DNA of 64,000 nt from Prorocentrum cordatum (Eukaryota). Position 1 is the first letter of the stretch. Each line of letters begins with the position of its first letter. The stretch is taken from contig CAUYUJ010000036.1 in the NCBI GenBank assembly GCA_963575745.1, forward strand, positions 1 to 64,000, read 5' to 3'. The translations under genes and the position numbers were made by a program. The notes under the pieces are model-generated. The model was not told where the DNA came from. It did not search any database and was given only the letters and a program-made list of their open reading frames with translations. Positions 46,601 to 58,820 of the stretch are shown here, one piece after another.

Positions 46601-47504
46601 GGCCTGTCGGAGCGGGGCCGGTTGAGACAACGGCAGCTCAAAATCGGTCCAGAGGAGGAGGAGGAGGAGGAGGAGGAGGAGGAGGAGAGGAGGAAAAGGA
46701 GGAGGACGGAAAAGGAGGAGGAGGAGGAGGAGGAGAGGAGGAGAGGAGGAGAGCTCAAAATCGGTCCCTGGACCCCGCCGCAGGTCAGACTGCACCGGCT
46801 GGGCCGAGCTGCGGCTGGCCGCGGGCGGCGAGGGGAGAGAAGCCCTCGCGCCCACCTCGGAAACCGGGCAGCGGACGAGGACAGAGGAGGAGAAGGGGAG
46901 GAGGAGGAGGAGGAAGGAGAGGAGGAAGAAGAGAGGAGAAGACGGAATAGGAGGAGTTAGAGGAGGAGTTAGTGAGGAGGAGGAGGAGGGAGGAGGAGGA
47001 GGAAGGAGGAGGAGGAGGAGGCGGAGGAGGGGAGGAGGAGGAGGAGGAAGAAGAGAGAAGAGAATGAGGAGAAAAGAGGAAGTGGAGGAGGAGGAGGAGG
47101 GAGGAGGAGGAGAGGAGGAGGAGGAGGAGGAGAGGAGAGGAAGAAGGAGAGAAGAGGAATAGGAGGAGGAAGTGGAGGAAGGAGGAGGAGGAGGAGGAGG
47201 AGGAGGAGGGAAGAGGAGGAGGAGGAGGAAGGAGGAGGAGGGAGGAGGAGGAAGGAGGAGGAGGAGGAGGAGGAGGAGGAGGAGGAGGAGGAGGAGGAAG
47301 AAGAGAGAAGAGGAGTGGGAGGAGGAGGAGGACAGGACAGGACAGGACGTCATCCGCATGAGGGGGTCACGTCGACACCTACGGAGGAGCTGTGGAGTAC
47401 GGCTAGCAAAATCCCCTGCGATTGGAATATGCCGGACCCAGACTTCTCATGGGGGCCGGCAGGGGGCATATCCGGAAGCTTCAAGGGGCGAACTCCGAGG
47501 AGAA

Positions 47505-48110
47505 GGACCAATGTAAACCCAAGAACCATCAACGATGTTGGAATAAACCCTTCCTTTCAAGCTCCCTCTTCATATGCCCCATACAACGCTTCATTCCCAC
47601 AGGGGGACCTGCCTCGTTGGAAGACAATCGTTTGAAGACCCTGACGTATGCCAAAACATTATTCTCGGTATTCCAACGCCACGGATAAACTTGACTGTTG
47701 CGTCTAGACGATCCTGAATCGCACCAGGACGCCGTTCCTGGGACTTCAACGCCGCGAATCATCGTAGCTGTTGCGCCCTCATAATCGTGAATCCTTCCAA
47801 AACACCATTTCTGGTACGCTGACAATGGGAATCCGCGAAACTCTTGAAACTGTTAAGTAAAGGAATCTGCGCGGAGCTAAAGCGAGAACCACGTTTTGAA
47901 AAGAATCCGCCCTCAACCCGTGAAACTGTTGCAACTGTCTGCAATGAGTGCGCGCGGCGCTAAGGCGAGAGCCACATTGTGAAGACGGCCCGCCCTCCAT
48001 CTGTGAAGCTGATGCCAATTAACAAAAAACAGGGACATAAGTGGTGAGGAAACCTGAGGCGAAACGCCTGGAACGTCCTTTCGACCAGCCTCGGGGTGCG
48101 ACAGGGAGAA
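47505..48110 (-). mobile_element. (CCT)n-flanked composite element, copy 2
   Basis: Ends ggaccaatgtaaacccaaga and ggggtgcgacagggagaa. Confidence 0.75.
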
Positions 48111-48526
48111 ATTGCTTATGAGGAAAAGAAGGAGGAGGAGAAGGAGGAGGAGGAAGAGGAGGAGGAGGAGGAGGAGGAGGAGGAGAAGGAGAGGGAGGAG
48201 AGGAGGAGGAGGAGGAGGAGGAGGAGGAGGAGGAGGAGGAGGAGGAGGAAGATGGTTCAGGAGGAGCAGGAGTAGAGGAGGAGGAGGGAGGAGGAGGAGG
48301 AGGAGGAGGAGGAGGAGGAGGAGGAGGAGGAGGAGGAGGAGGGGAGGAGGGAGAGAGGAGGAGGAGGAAGGAAGGAGGAGGAGGAGAGGAGGAGGAGGAG
48401 GAGGAGGAGGAGGTGAAGGGAGGAAGGAGGAGGAGGAGGACGAGGAGGAGGAGGAGGAGAGGAGGAGGAGGTGGAGGAGGACTCTCTGGCGACGCCCCGG
48501 GGTCCGGCGAGGGGCCCGCCGCCCGC

Positions 48527-48586
48527 CTGTCCGGAATCCAGCGCCGGCCCTCCTGCAGCTTGTCGAGGTACTGCGCCGCGACCCTC
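48527..48586 (-). CDS. Exon of Frizzled-type CRD gene: RVAAQYLDKLQEGRRWIPD
   Basis: Acceptor gccag|G and donor AG|gc; 60 nt, phase 2 at both ends; joins both neighbouring exons in frame. Confidence 0.75.
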
Positions 48587-48729
48587 CTGGCGGCGGGGGG
48601 GGAGGGAGGGAGGGAGGGAGGAGGGAGGAGGGAGGGAGGAGGGAGGAGGGAGGAGGGAGGAGGGAGGAGGGAGGAGGGAGGAGGGCAGGGCAGGAGCGCC
48701 TAGAACCTAGAACCGAATCGATGGGCTTA

Positions 48730-48926
48730 TGTCGGGCGTGTGTTCCCTACAGGGGGGAGCCTCGACGGAAAATACAAGATGTCCCAAGAATACACCAAAA
48801 AGGTAAAAGAGGAACAAAAAAAAATACTCAGAAAATAGTCCCCATACTATTTTCGTTTTTTATACTATTTTGGGGGTATTTCTTATTCTTCGTCGAAAAT
48901 CCCCATGTAGGGGGACAGGCCCGACT
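48730..48926. mobile_element. AGTCGGGCCTGTCCC TIR MITE (Harbinger/Tourist-like), diverged
   Basis: Imperfect TIR; flanks tta / tca. Confidence 0.6.
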
Positions 48927-49381
48927 TCACGATAGGTCGGATCCTCGATCGGCATGGATCGCATCGGCGGAACTCGGCAGCCGAGTGGGGAGAAGTCGAG
49001 TCGGAGGAGATCGACAGGCTGGTATGTCTTGGTGGAGGAGTCGGAGTCCAAAGCGGAGTCCGAAGTCGGATCGAATCGGAATGGGAGGCCATCGAAATCG
49101 AATCGAACCGAACCGGAGGAATCGGAACGAGCCCTGCAAGGGGCCTCCCCGGCCATCGGCACGCGTGCGGCGCCGAAGCGGGCCTGGTCATCCCAGACTT
49201 ATAGCTGCCCCAGGACACACAAATAAATACACACAAATAAAAAGAATCCCCATATTTTCCCATATTTTTTGAGTTTTTGTCTTCCCCACCACTTCCCATA
49301 TCTTCCCATATTTTCTGGGGAATCGAAGATTAATTGTGTCTGTGTGTTTCTTTTCCTCCTGAACGTATAGCTGCCCCGACA

Positions 49382-49666
49382 CCCAGACCCCCTCGCGCTG
49401 TGACAAGAAATCACGACGGGAGGCGTCTCGTGGTTTTCGGCCTCCGGGGGCCCTTCCCTGGCCCCAGGACCGTCCAGCAATCCCTGGCCATCGCTCGGAC
49501 GTCCATTCCCTGATTTTTTTCGGTTTCGTGCGTGGCTTCTTCGCCAAATGATCAAGGATGCTCCTCGAGGGTCCCCGCCGAAGGAAAAATGCACACGTCC
49601 GAGCGATGCCAAGATCCCAGGGGAGGGGTCCAGATACCTCCGCGGGGTCGACCGTGGGGGTCTGGG
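49382..49666. mobile_element. Longer CCCAGA..TCTGGG variant, TSD CA
   Basis: Termini cccagaccccc / gggggtctggg; ca on both flanks. Confidence 0.65.
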
Positions 49667-50241
49667 CAGTTTTGCTCGAGGCGCAGCATGCAGCCCGGGG
49701 CGCGCCGACACGGCGCTCAACGCACATAGAGACGGAACACGAAGGTCTGGCGCGAGGCGTTCGCCAAAACGCGGACCAGCGCGTGCCGAGCCAACGCTTT
49801 TTTGATCCGCGGGTCGAGAGCGCACCTCCTCTGGTCGAAGCTAAGCGGGCCGCGCGAAGCTTGAATTGGGCAGAGAAGAGGAGGGAGGAAGCGGCGGAGC
49901 CTCAGAGCGAGGCAACACGCAGCGTGCTGATGCGGACGTCTTGATTGCGGTACGCGTTGCGTTTCGAGGCGGGCGCAGCAGGACAGCTCAGATCCCCGAC
50001 AGTGCGCTTTTCGCTCCATCGCGGCGTGGCTCTTTGCCTTCGGCCTGTGGGTCCGGTTCCCTGGCCCCGGGGCGGTCAGAAATGGGCGCGGGACGAGGAG
50101 CTGCTCCCAGGGAAGGGGTCGTCACCTCCTCCTCGTCAGGCATCCAGGTTCTTGTCCGACAACCGGGAGGCCGCCGCGCGCCCGCGCCACGGGGGGAGGG
50201 GGAGGGGGATGAGGATGAGGATGAGGATGAGGATGAGGATG

Positions 50242-50275
<34 letters not shown>

Positions 50276-50500
50276 GGAGGAGGAGGAGGAGGAGGAGGAG
50301 GAGGAGGAGGAGGAGGAGGAGGAGGACGAGGACGAGGAGGCCGCGGGCCGAAGCAGAAACCTCCTCCTCTCGGATGCCTGGGGAAGCTCGCACCTCTTGC
50401 CTCGAGCCTCCCGCCATGCCTCCCGCGGCCCTCTCGGCGCTGCAGGGCTCTCGGTTCGTGTGAGGTAGAGGGAATCTCGAGGTTCGCCAGCGGTTTTTTA

Positions 50501-50652
50501 CGTCGGGGTTGTCCCCCTACAGGGGGATGTCGACACGAAAATAAAAGATACCCCGAAAATACTCCCAAATGGCCAAAAATACTCAAAAAAATTGTCCCAC
50601 ACTTCTTTGTCATACTTTTGAAATATTCTCCTGGTAGAGGACAGGCCCGACT
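50501..50652. mobile_element. AGTCGGG TIR MITE
   Basis: TIR ending gggacaggcccgact; flanks tta / taa. Confidence 0.65.
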
Positions 50653-51184
50653 TAATGCCAGGTCAAGGGGCGGCCACAACTACACAGAGCACAGCGATAC
50701 CGGGCAGGCCGGCTCATGGGCCCATCCTTGGCGCTTTCGCACCCTCCGGCCGCGCCCGCTTGGCAAATAGTCGCACGGCCTTCCAAGGGACCAGGGAGGG
50801 AGGGAGGGACATATCCTCCTCCTCCGCCTACCTTCCTCCTCCTCCTCCTCCTCCTCCTCCTCCTTCCCTTCTCCCCCTCCTCCTCTCCTCCGCCTCCTCC
50901 GCCTCCTCCTCCTCCTCCTCCTCCTCCTCCTCCTATCCTCATCCCTCCTACCTCACTCCTCCTCGCCCTCCTCCTCCTCCGCCTCCTCCTCCTCCTCCTC
51001 ATCCCTCCTCCCCCCTCCTCCTCCTCCTCCTCCTCCTCCTCCTCCACTCCTGTGGTTTATTATTACTATTATTAGTATTATTATTATTAGTACTATTAGT
51101 ATTAGTATTAGTATCATTAGTATTATTAGTAGTAGTATTATTAGTAGTAGTAGTATTATTATTATTAATAAGAACAAAACAACA

Positions 51185-51834
51185 TTTCTCCCTGTCGCAC
51201 CCACATGCCAGTTCTTAGGGCGGGCGGAGCGTTTCGCCAGAGCCTTCCTCACCATGTATGACCCTGCAGCTAAAAAATGACAACAATTTCACGGATGGAG
51301 GGCGGGCCGTTTTCAAAATGTGGCTCTCGCCTCAGCGCCGCGCACATTCGTTTTAAGAATTCGCCAGAGTTTAACGGATTGGGGGCGAGTGATTTTCAAA
51401 CTGTGGCTCTCGCCTTAGCGCTGCGCGCATTCCTTTTAAATATTTGCAAAAGCTTCACGGATTAAGGGCAAGTTGTTTTCAGAATGCGGTTGTCGCCTTA
51501 GCGCCGCGTACATTCGCTTTTCTTATAAGTTTAAGAGTTTCACTGACTGAGGGCGGTTCCTTTTCAAAATGTGGCTCTCGCCATGGCGCCGACGAGCTTC
51601 GTTTTAAACTTGACAAGAGTTTCCCGGAGGTCCATGATCAGCGCACTGGAAATGATATTTTGGAAGGATTCCGGAGCATGGGGTTGCAACGGGTATGTTG
51701 ATTCGCAGTTTTCAGAACCAACAGATGGCGTTCTGGCACGATTCTGGACCTTCAAGACGCAACAGTCAGGATGATCTGTGTGGGGGGAGGGTGTATTCCA
51801 ACATCGTTGATGACTCTTGGGTTTACACTGGTCC
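51185..51834 (+). mobile_element. (CCT)n-flanked composite element, copy 3
   Basis: tttctccctgtcgcaccc ... tcttgggtttacactggtcc running directly into (CCT)n. Confidence 0.8.
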
Positions 51835-53455
51835 TCCTCCTCCTCCTCCTCCTCCTCCTCCTCCTCCGTCTCCCCCTCCTCCTCCTCCGCCCTCCTCCTC
51901 CTCTTCCTCCTCTTCCTCCTCCTCCTCCTCCTCCTCCTCCTCCTCCCACAATTTTCGTCGGAACGTCGGATCTCTGGCCAGGTGCCTGGAGGGGGGGGGA
52001 ACCGAAACCCCCATGGCGTGTGCTTCTGACGGCATCCGGCCGAGGAAGAGGTGCCACCCTCTCGATATCCCTCGCGGGCGAGGCGGCGTTTTCCTGCCTC
52101 TCCTCGTCCCTCCTGCCCCGCCCCTTCCTCTCCTCCCCTCCCCCCCCTTCGCAACTGAGCTCGCGCAACTTTTCATCTGCCACTGCGCCGTGCGGGTGCC
52201 AGGCTTGACTCGACGCGACTTCGGCCCGGGGGGGCCCTCGCCGGGCCTCGGGACCGCCCCAAACCGACCCAGGATGCAAGGCCGGTCCCAGGGCGGTGCA
52301 GGCTGTCCCAGGGGGCCGCGGCGGCCTCCAGAGCCCCCCTCATGAGGCCCTGCGGGCCCCACCACCACCGCCGCTAATAGCCGTGCATCCGCGCGGACGC
52401 GTGGGCAAGTCACGCCAAACGCGCGCTCGTGCCAGGAGAGCAGACATACGCACGCCGAACGCGTCCGCGATGCGGTCTGCCAAGCTCCAGACTTCAGCGG
52501 AACGCCGGGGGGCACCTCGGGCCAGGAGGAGGAGGCGGAGGAGGAGGAGGAGGAGGAGGAGGAAGAGGAGGAGGAGGAGGGCGGAGGAGGAGGAGGAGGA
52601 GGAGGAGGAGGAGGAGGAGCAGGAGGAGGAGGAGGAGGAGGAGGAGGAGGAGGGCGGAGGAGGAGGCGGAGGAGGAGGAGGAGGAGGAGGAGGAGGAGGA
52701 GGAGGAGGAGGAGGAGGGGCACTCGGGCAGCAGCCCCCGAGATGGGGGGGGGCTCTCCGAGGGGCGCGCAGCGGGCTCTCCGGCGTCGGAGGCCAGGGGG
52801 CGGCCTCCACAGGCCCCCTCGCGGCGGGATGGCAGCTCACGACGTCGGGCCCTCCTCCTCCTCTCTCCTCCTCTCTCCTCCTCCTCCTCTCCTCCGCTCC
52901 GCCCGCCTCCTCCTCCCCCCTACCTCCTCCTCCCTCCTCCTCCTCCGCCCGCCTCCTCCTCCGCCCGCCTCCTCCTCCTCCTCCTCCTCCTCCTCCTCCT
53001 CCTCCTCCTCCTCCTCCTCCTCCTCCTCCCCCCCTTTTCCGTTCTCCCTCTGCCCCTTCCCTCCCAGAAAAGGGGGGCGGAGGCAGAGGGGGAGGGAGGA
53101 GGCAGAAGAGGAAGAGGAGGGCGCCCTCCCTCTCCCTCCTCGAGCCTCGACCCAGAGGCAGAAAAGGGGGGCCGAGGCAGAGGGGGAGGGAGGAGGGCGT
53201 CCACAGACCCCCTCGCGGCGTGACGGCAACTCACGACGTCAGGCCTCGAGACGCCCGAGATCGCTTTGCGCCTGGAGCTGTGGCCGACACGCTGCTCGCA
53301 CACAAAACGGTATCGATTGTATAACTTGTTGGCAGCACGAACTGCGAACCGCAGGCCATTGCCAAGGTTCAAACGGATTCCTCCCGGCGGTGAATGATAA
53401 ATGCATTGAAGGAAACGTCTGCTCTCTCTCTCCCCCCCCAAACAAAAAACGCAGT

Positions 53456-53638
53456 CCCAGAGGTCCGATGTCGTGATTTTTTCAATACGGGGTCCCCAGA
53501 AGTCTCGACCCATTCCCCAGGACCGGTTGTTCCTCCTGAGTCGTTTATCGACGGCCCCGAGGCCCGGCGAGGGCCCCTATAGGGGCCGAAACTTGCGAAA
53601 AGCCTCCGTCTTGATTCTCAGTACGTTGGATCTCTGGG
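53456..53638. mobile_element. CCCAGA..TCTGGG MITE
   Basis: cccagaggtcc / ggatctctggg. Confidence 0.75.
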
Positions 53639-53671
53639 TTCCTCCCCCCCCGAACGCAAACACCTCAGCAT

Positions 53672-53854
53672 CCCAGACAGCCGACGTCTCGATTTTTTCG
53701 AGACGCGAGCCCCCGACCTCCCGACCACTTCCCTGGGACCGGTTCGTCATCCCGAGTCGTTTTTTGACGGTCCCGAGGCCCGGCGGGGGCCCCGAGAGGC
53801 CAAAAACTATGAAAAACTTCTGTCTCGATTTTTTCGAGACGCCCGATGTCTGGG
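53672..53854. mobile_element. CCCAGAC MITE flanked by a 19-bp duplication
   Basis: ~21-bp TIR; aacgcaaacacctcagcat at 53653-53671 and 53855-53873. Confidence 0.85.
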
Positions 53855-53999
53855 AACGCAAACACCTCAGCATGGCGTCGGCCCGCGCGGGTGCTGGACC
53901 CACGACGGGCAGGCTTCTGCCACTCCCCGGCCCGTGGGGGCCCCTCTGCCAGGCACCGGGGCCCGTCCACGAGCGACTCGGGAGGCGGAGCTGCGGTCA

Positions 54000-54155
54000 A
54001 GTCGGGCCTGTCCCCCTACAGGGGGATTTTCGACGAAGAAAGAAGAATACGCAAAAAGTACTCCCAGATGGCCAAAAAATACCCCAACGAAAAGGTCCCC
54101 AGACTATTCTTCGTCTATCTTGGAGTGCTCCCCCTGTAGAGGGACAGGCCCGACT
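54000..54155. mobile_element. AGTCGGG TIR MITE, TSD TCA
   Basis: agtcgggcctgtccccctacagggg / cccctgtagagggacaggcccgact; tca on both flanks. Confidence 0.8.
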
Positions 54156-54602
54156 TCAGGCTGTGGTCCCGGGGAAGGGGCCACGACCTGTTGGGGGGAA
54201 GGAGGCGCGTCGTGAACACAGCACGACGTCGGGGACCCGAGTCAGAGGCCTCGCGCCCCCTCCAGAGAAGCCCACCCGCCTCCCCAGAGAGGCCGTCCAC
54301 TCGCCGCGCCCAAGACGATGCATCTTGGGCGCGGCGAGGATAGGGGGATGAGGACGGATGAGGACAAGGACGGATAAGACTACGAATGCCATGTCGACGG
54401 GCACTCTAACAATCCCATCCTTGAGTTATAAAATGTGTAAAACATGTCCTAAACATGTTTCAAGCATGTTACAGGCTTGAAACATGCTTGAAACATATTT
54501 CAGACACCTGGAAGCTATTTGGCAGCGTGCTCCCTCTCCATCTAGTCGACGTCCACACAGATAAGGACGATGGCCAGATGTGGATCCATCCGGATGAAGA
54601 CA

Positions 54603-54864
54603 CCCTGACTCCAGATCCGCCCTACTTTGGCTTTTCCAGCTTGAAATTGCGTCGGAAACCCTCCTATAAGAAGCCGGAAAAGTAGGGCGGACATTGCTGC
54701 ACCCAACATAACATAGGGCGAACATCCACAGAAGCAGGGCGGAAACAGCAACAGAAAAGTAATTAGGGCGGAAATTGGCATCGGCGGGGCCTGAAAAGTA
54801 GGGCGGAAATTCCAAGCCCTATACTTACGAATTCCCCCAAGGTAGGGCGGATCCGGAGTCCGGG
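54603..54864. mobile_element. CCCTGACTCC TIR element
   Basis: Same TIRs and internal tagggcgga repeats as the 5650 copy, in opposite orientation. Confidence 0.75.
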
Positions 54865-55017
54865 CCGGGCCTGGAAGACGTGCCGGGCGCCGCGGCCGTC
54901 CCAGAGCGCTGCAGAACGCTCCCTGCTCGAGAGCGCCCCCCCCGGGCGCTCTGACCGAGACTGCTGCCCGGCAGGCCTGCTCCCTTTTATAAGCCCAGAC
55001 AACCTCCCCAGAGACAT

Positions 55018-56047
55018 CCCAGACATGATGGCGTCGTAAAAAAAGCAGGACGGGAGATTTGGGGCTATTTTCGGCCCCTGGGGGCCCTCGCCAGGCCTCG
55101 GGACCGTCAAAAAACGACTCAGGATGAAAAACCGGCCCTGGGGAAAGGGTCGGGATTTCCAGGGACGCCGTCCTGAAAAAATCAGGACGTCGCATATCTG
55201 GGATCGGGCGTCTCGAAGAAATCGAGACAGAGGTTTTTCATAGTTTTTGGCCTCTCGGGGCCCTCGCCGGGCCTCGGGACCGTCAAAACACGACTCGGGA
55301 CAGACATCCGACGTCTCGATTTTTTCGAGACGCGGGCCCCCGACCTCCCGACCACTTCCCCGGGACCGGTTTCTCATCCCGAGTCGTTTTTTGACGGTCC
55401 CGAGGCCCCGCGAGGGCCCCGCGAGGCCCAAAACTATGAAAAAACCCTGCCTCGACTTTTTCGAGACGCCCGATGTCTGGGTCTGGGTCGTCTGCGACAA
55501 AAATCACGCCGGGAGGCCTGTCGCTGTTTTCGGCCTGGCCGGGGGGCCCTTCCCGGGACGAACAACCGGTCCCGGGCAGGGGGCCCCGAGATCCGAGTCG
55601 ACGTCGTGATTTTTTCAAGGCGCGGTCGACCCGGAGGTCTCGACCCATTCCCCAGGACCGGCGTTTCATCCTGAGCCGTTTTTTGATGGCCCCGAGGCCC
55701 GGCGAGGGCCCCCAGGGGCCGAAATTCGCGGAAAAACGCCGCCTTGATTTTTGTCACTTCGTTGGATCTCTGGGTCCAGACCTCTGGGGGTCGACGCTGC
55801 GAAAAGCGTGCCGCCGCCACGCTGGCACAAGGTGACGAAAAGCTGCCGGCATCACCGCTCCCTGCCCAGACATCGGGCGTCTCGAAAAAATCGCGACAGA
55901 AGTCGTTCATAGTTTTTGGCCTCTCGGGGCCCTCGCTGGGCCTCGGGACCGTCAAAAAACGACTCGGGATGAAAATTGGTCCCAGGAAAGTGGTCGGGAG
56001 GTCTGGGGCCCGCGTCTCGAAAAAAATCGAGACGTCGGATGTCTGGG
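55018..56047. mobile_element. Cluster of CCCAGA MITEs: 55018-55202 (TSD AT), partial 55204-55300, 55301-55481, 55584-55774 and 55865-56047 (TSD TG)
   Basis: Family TIRs and core, present in both orientations. Confidence 0.8.
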
Positions 56048-56387
56048 TGGACCTCTCCCAGGACCCGTGTTAGGTCGGGCACGTCCCCCTGCAGGAGAGA
56101 GCATCGGCACTGGCACGGTTCCAGACATCTGGCGACGTGATTCTTCGATCAATCCGAAGCACCTGAAGACCCTCAGATCCTGGCTTTGCAATTCTTGTCA
56201 CAGAGGGCATATTCGATCCGTTTCGGGCCCTGGGGGACCTCACAGATCGACCCGCCTCGAAAAACGACGCAGAAAGATGGGGTGATTTTTGCGATGTCGC
56301 TTTTTTGTTGCTCATAACGGCGGATCTCAAGGGGAGTCTGGACTCTGCCCCCCCCCCCCCCCGGCCCGGGAGGCAGGACTACTTTTA

Positions 56388-56540
56388 GGTCGGGCCTGTC
56401 CCCCTACAGGGTGAATTTGGACGAAAAATAAGAAATAGTCAAAAAATGCCCTGAAATATTCAAAAATAGTCAAAAAATCGTCCCCAGACTATTTTTTAAC
56501 TATTTTTGAATATCCCTCCTGTAGAGGGACAGGCCCGACT
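56388..56540. mobile_element. AGTCGGG TIR MITE
   Basis: ggtcgggcctgtccccctacagg / cctgtagagggacaggcccgact. Confidence 0.75.
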
Positions 56541-56787
56541 GAAGACTACTTCCTCCCAGCTCCCTGTCTGGTGGCCTCGGCGGGCCCGAGGGCGACTCCC
56601 CAGAGACCAAAATCCTTGGAAGTGCCCCTCAAGGAGGAGGAGGAGGAGGAGGAGGAGGAGGAGGAGGAGGAGGAGGAGGAGAAGGAGGAGGAGGAGGAGG
56701 AGGAGGAGGAGGAGGAGGAGGACGAGGAGGAGGAAGGAGGAGGAGGAGGAGGAGGAGGAGGAGGAGGATCTCTGGGCTGCCCCCCTG

Positions 56788-56970
56788 CCCAGACATCCGA
56801 CGTCCCGACTTTTTCGAGGCGCGGGCCCCCGGCCTCCCGACCACTTCCCTGGGACGGGTTTTTCATCCCGAGTCGTTTTTGGACGGTCCCGAGGCCCGGC
56901 GAGGGCCCCGAGAGGCCACAAACTATGAAAAACCTCTGTCTCGATTTTTCCGAGACGCCCGAAGTCTGGG
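56788..56970. mobile_element. CCCAGAC MITE
   Basis: Family TIR and core. Confidence 0.8.
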
Positions 56971-56985
56971 AGTGGCGACGAGGTC

Positions 56986-57066
56986 CTGTCGCGGTCGAGG
57001 AGGTCGGCGGAGGAGGCGTTGGCGACGACCAGCGGCACAAAGTCGGCGCAGTGCGGCATCTCGCTC
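56986..57066 (-). CDS. Exon of Frizzled-type CRD gene: SEMPHCADFVPLVVANASSADLLDRD
   Basis: Acceptor gcgag|G and donor AG|ga; 81 nt, phase 2; joins the 48586 exon in frame. Confidence 0.7.
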
Positions 57067-57417
57067 CTCGCTCTATAGCCGTGCCCCTGCTCCCGCCCAA
57101 GCCCCGCTCTTCGGATCCAGGCGCTGCCAAAGGGGCCCAGGGACACACAAAGAACTGCACACATATCCCAGGATCCCCCATATTTTCTAGTTGTTGTCTT
57201 GGCTTTCGTCCTCCCCGCACTTCCCATCTTTCCCACATGTTCTGGGGGATCGACGATTCATTGTGTCTGTGTGCTTTTTCCCCTCCTGAGCTGCAACAGA
57301 AGTCGTGACGGATGCCCTGTCGTCGTCTTCGACTTCCCGAGGCCGCTTGCCGGCCCCAGGACCGTCCACACACGACTCTGGCCGACACCGGGGACTCGGT
57401 CGAGCTCCTTGGCCCTT

Positions 57418-57600
57418 CCCAGACATCCGACGCCTCGATTTTTTCGAGACGCGGGCCCCAGACCTCCCGACCACTTTCCTGGGACCAATTTTTCATCCCG
57501 AGTCGTTTTTTGACGGTCCCGAGGCCCAGCGAGGGCCCCGAGAGGCCAAAAACTGTGAACGACCTCTGTCGCGATTTTTTCGAGACGCCCGATGTCTGGG
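57418..57600. mobile_element. CCCAGAC MITE, TSD TT
   Basis: Family TIR and core. Confidence 0.85.
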
Positions 57601-57697
57601 TTGGGGCCGACCTCCTGAAAAAATTGCAAAAAGCCGGAGGAGAAAGACGAGGGGCCGCAAGGGGCACGGACTACTCCCTGCCTTCTGGGAGGCCTCC

Positions 57698-57745
57698 CTG
57701 CTGGGGTCCGTGCAGGTGGGGTCTCCAAGGGTCGCGCCGACGTCC
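57698..57745 (-). CDS. Probable exon of Frizzled-type CRD gene: DVGATLGDPTCTDPS
   Basis: Acceptor gccag|G; supplies the first CRD cysteine; donor ambiguous (AG|gg at 57698 or GAG|gc at 57694). Confidence 0.5.
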
Positions 57746-57796
57746 CTGGCCGCCGACGGCGACGACGCCGCCGTCGGCGTGGAGAACATCGGGCTC

Positions 57797-57984
57797 CCCA
57801 GAGGTCCGACGTCGTGATTTTTTTTCGAGGCGGGGCCCCCGGAGGTCTCGACCCACTCCCCAGGACCGGCTTCTCGTCCCGAGTCGTTTTTGTCGACGGC
57901 CCCGAGGCCCGGCGAGGGCCCCCAGGGGCCGAAACTTGTGACAAACCTCCGTCGTGATTTTCGTCACTGCGCTGGATCTCCGGC
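57797..57984. mobile_element. CCCAGA MITE, TSD TC (decayed right end)
   Basis: Family core. Confidence 0.7.
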
Positions 57985-58084
57985 TCCGCATCGAGCCGCG
58001 CGGCCGATGGATGCATCGGGGCGACGCGGCGCGGCCCGGCGATCCCGCACGAGTGGCCTCTGACCCCGCTCGGGGGGAGGCCTG

Positions 58085-58713
58085 CCCTGACTCCAGATCC
58101 GCCCTTTTTTGGGCCGTTTTCTCCCACGAGGACGGGGACGAGGAGGAGGAGGAGGAGGACGAGGAGGACGAGGAGGACGAGGACGGGGGCAAGGAGGAGG
58201 AGGAGGAGGAGGAGGAGGAGGAGGACGAGGAGGAGGAGGAGGAGGAGGAGGAGGAGAAGGAGGAGGAGAGCCCTGACTCCAGATCCGCCCTACTTTGGTA
58301 GATTTCCCCACGTAAAATTGCATCGGGAATCCACCTATATGAAGCCGAAGAAGTAGGGCGGAAATGTCTGCACCCAAGATCAAATAGGGCGAAACTCCAC
58401 AGACATCGGGCGGAAACAGCAACAGAAAAGTGGGGCGGAACTTGGCATCAGCGGGGCTTGAAAAGTAAGGCGGACATTCCAAGCCCTACTTACGAATTTC
58501 CCCAAAGTAGGGCGAACCCAGACATCCGACGTCTCGATTTTTTCGAGACGCGGGCCCCGACCTCCCGACCACTTCCCTGGGACCAGTTTCTCATCCCTAG
58601 TCGTTTTTTGACGGTCCCGAGGCCCGGCGAGGGCTCCGAGAGGCCAAAAATTATGCAAAACCTCCGTCTCGATTTTTTCGAGACGCCCGAGGTCTGGGGA
58701 TCCGGAGTCAGGG
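58085..58713. mobile_element. CCCTGACTCC TIR element (TSD TG) with duplicated left end and a nested CCCAGAC MITE at 58517-58698
   Basis: Left TIR at 58085 and again at 58271; right TIR tagggcg|gatccggagtcaggg is split by the MITE. Confidence 0.75.
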
Positions 58714-58820
58714 TGGGCCTCTGGAGCCGAGCTCCCTGCCCGGCGCCTCCCTCGGAGAGCCGACGCCGTGCTTTCTGCGCAGTGCGGGCCCCCCGGAGAT
58801 CTCGACCCCTTCCCCAGGAC

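Noticed and set aside
51058..51170. CRESS origin nonanucleotide-like TAGTATTA strings
   Set aside because: They are part of a (TAT/TAG)n microsatellite with no stem, far from the Rep-like ORF.
54455..54496. 16-bp perfect inverted repeat atgtttcaagcatgtt / aacatgcttgaaacat
   Set aside because: Explained by a short semi-palindromic 11-bp repeat; no other support for function.
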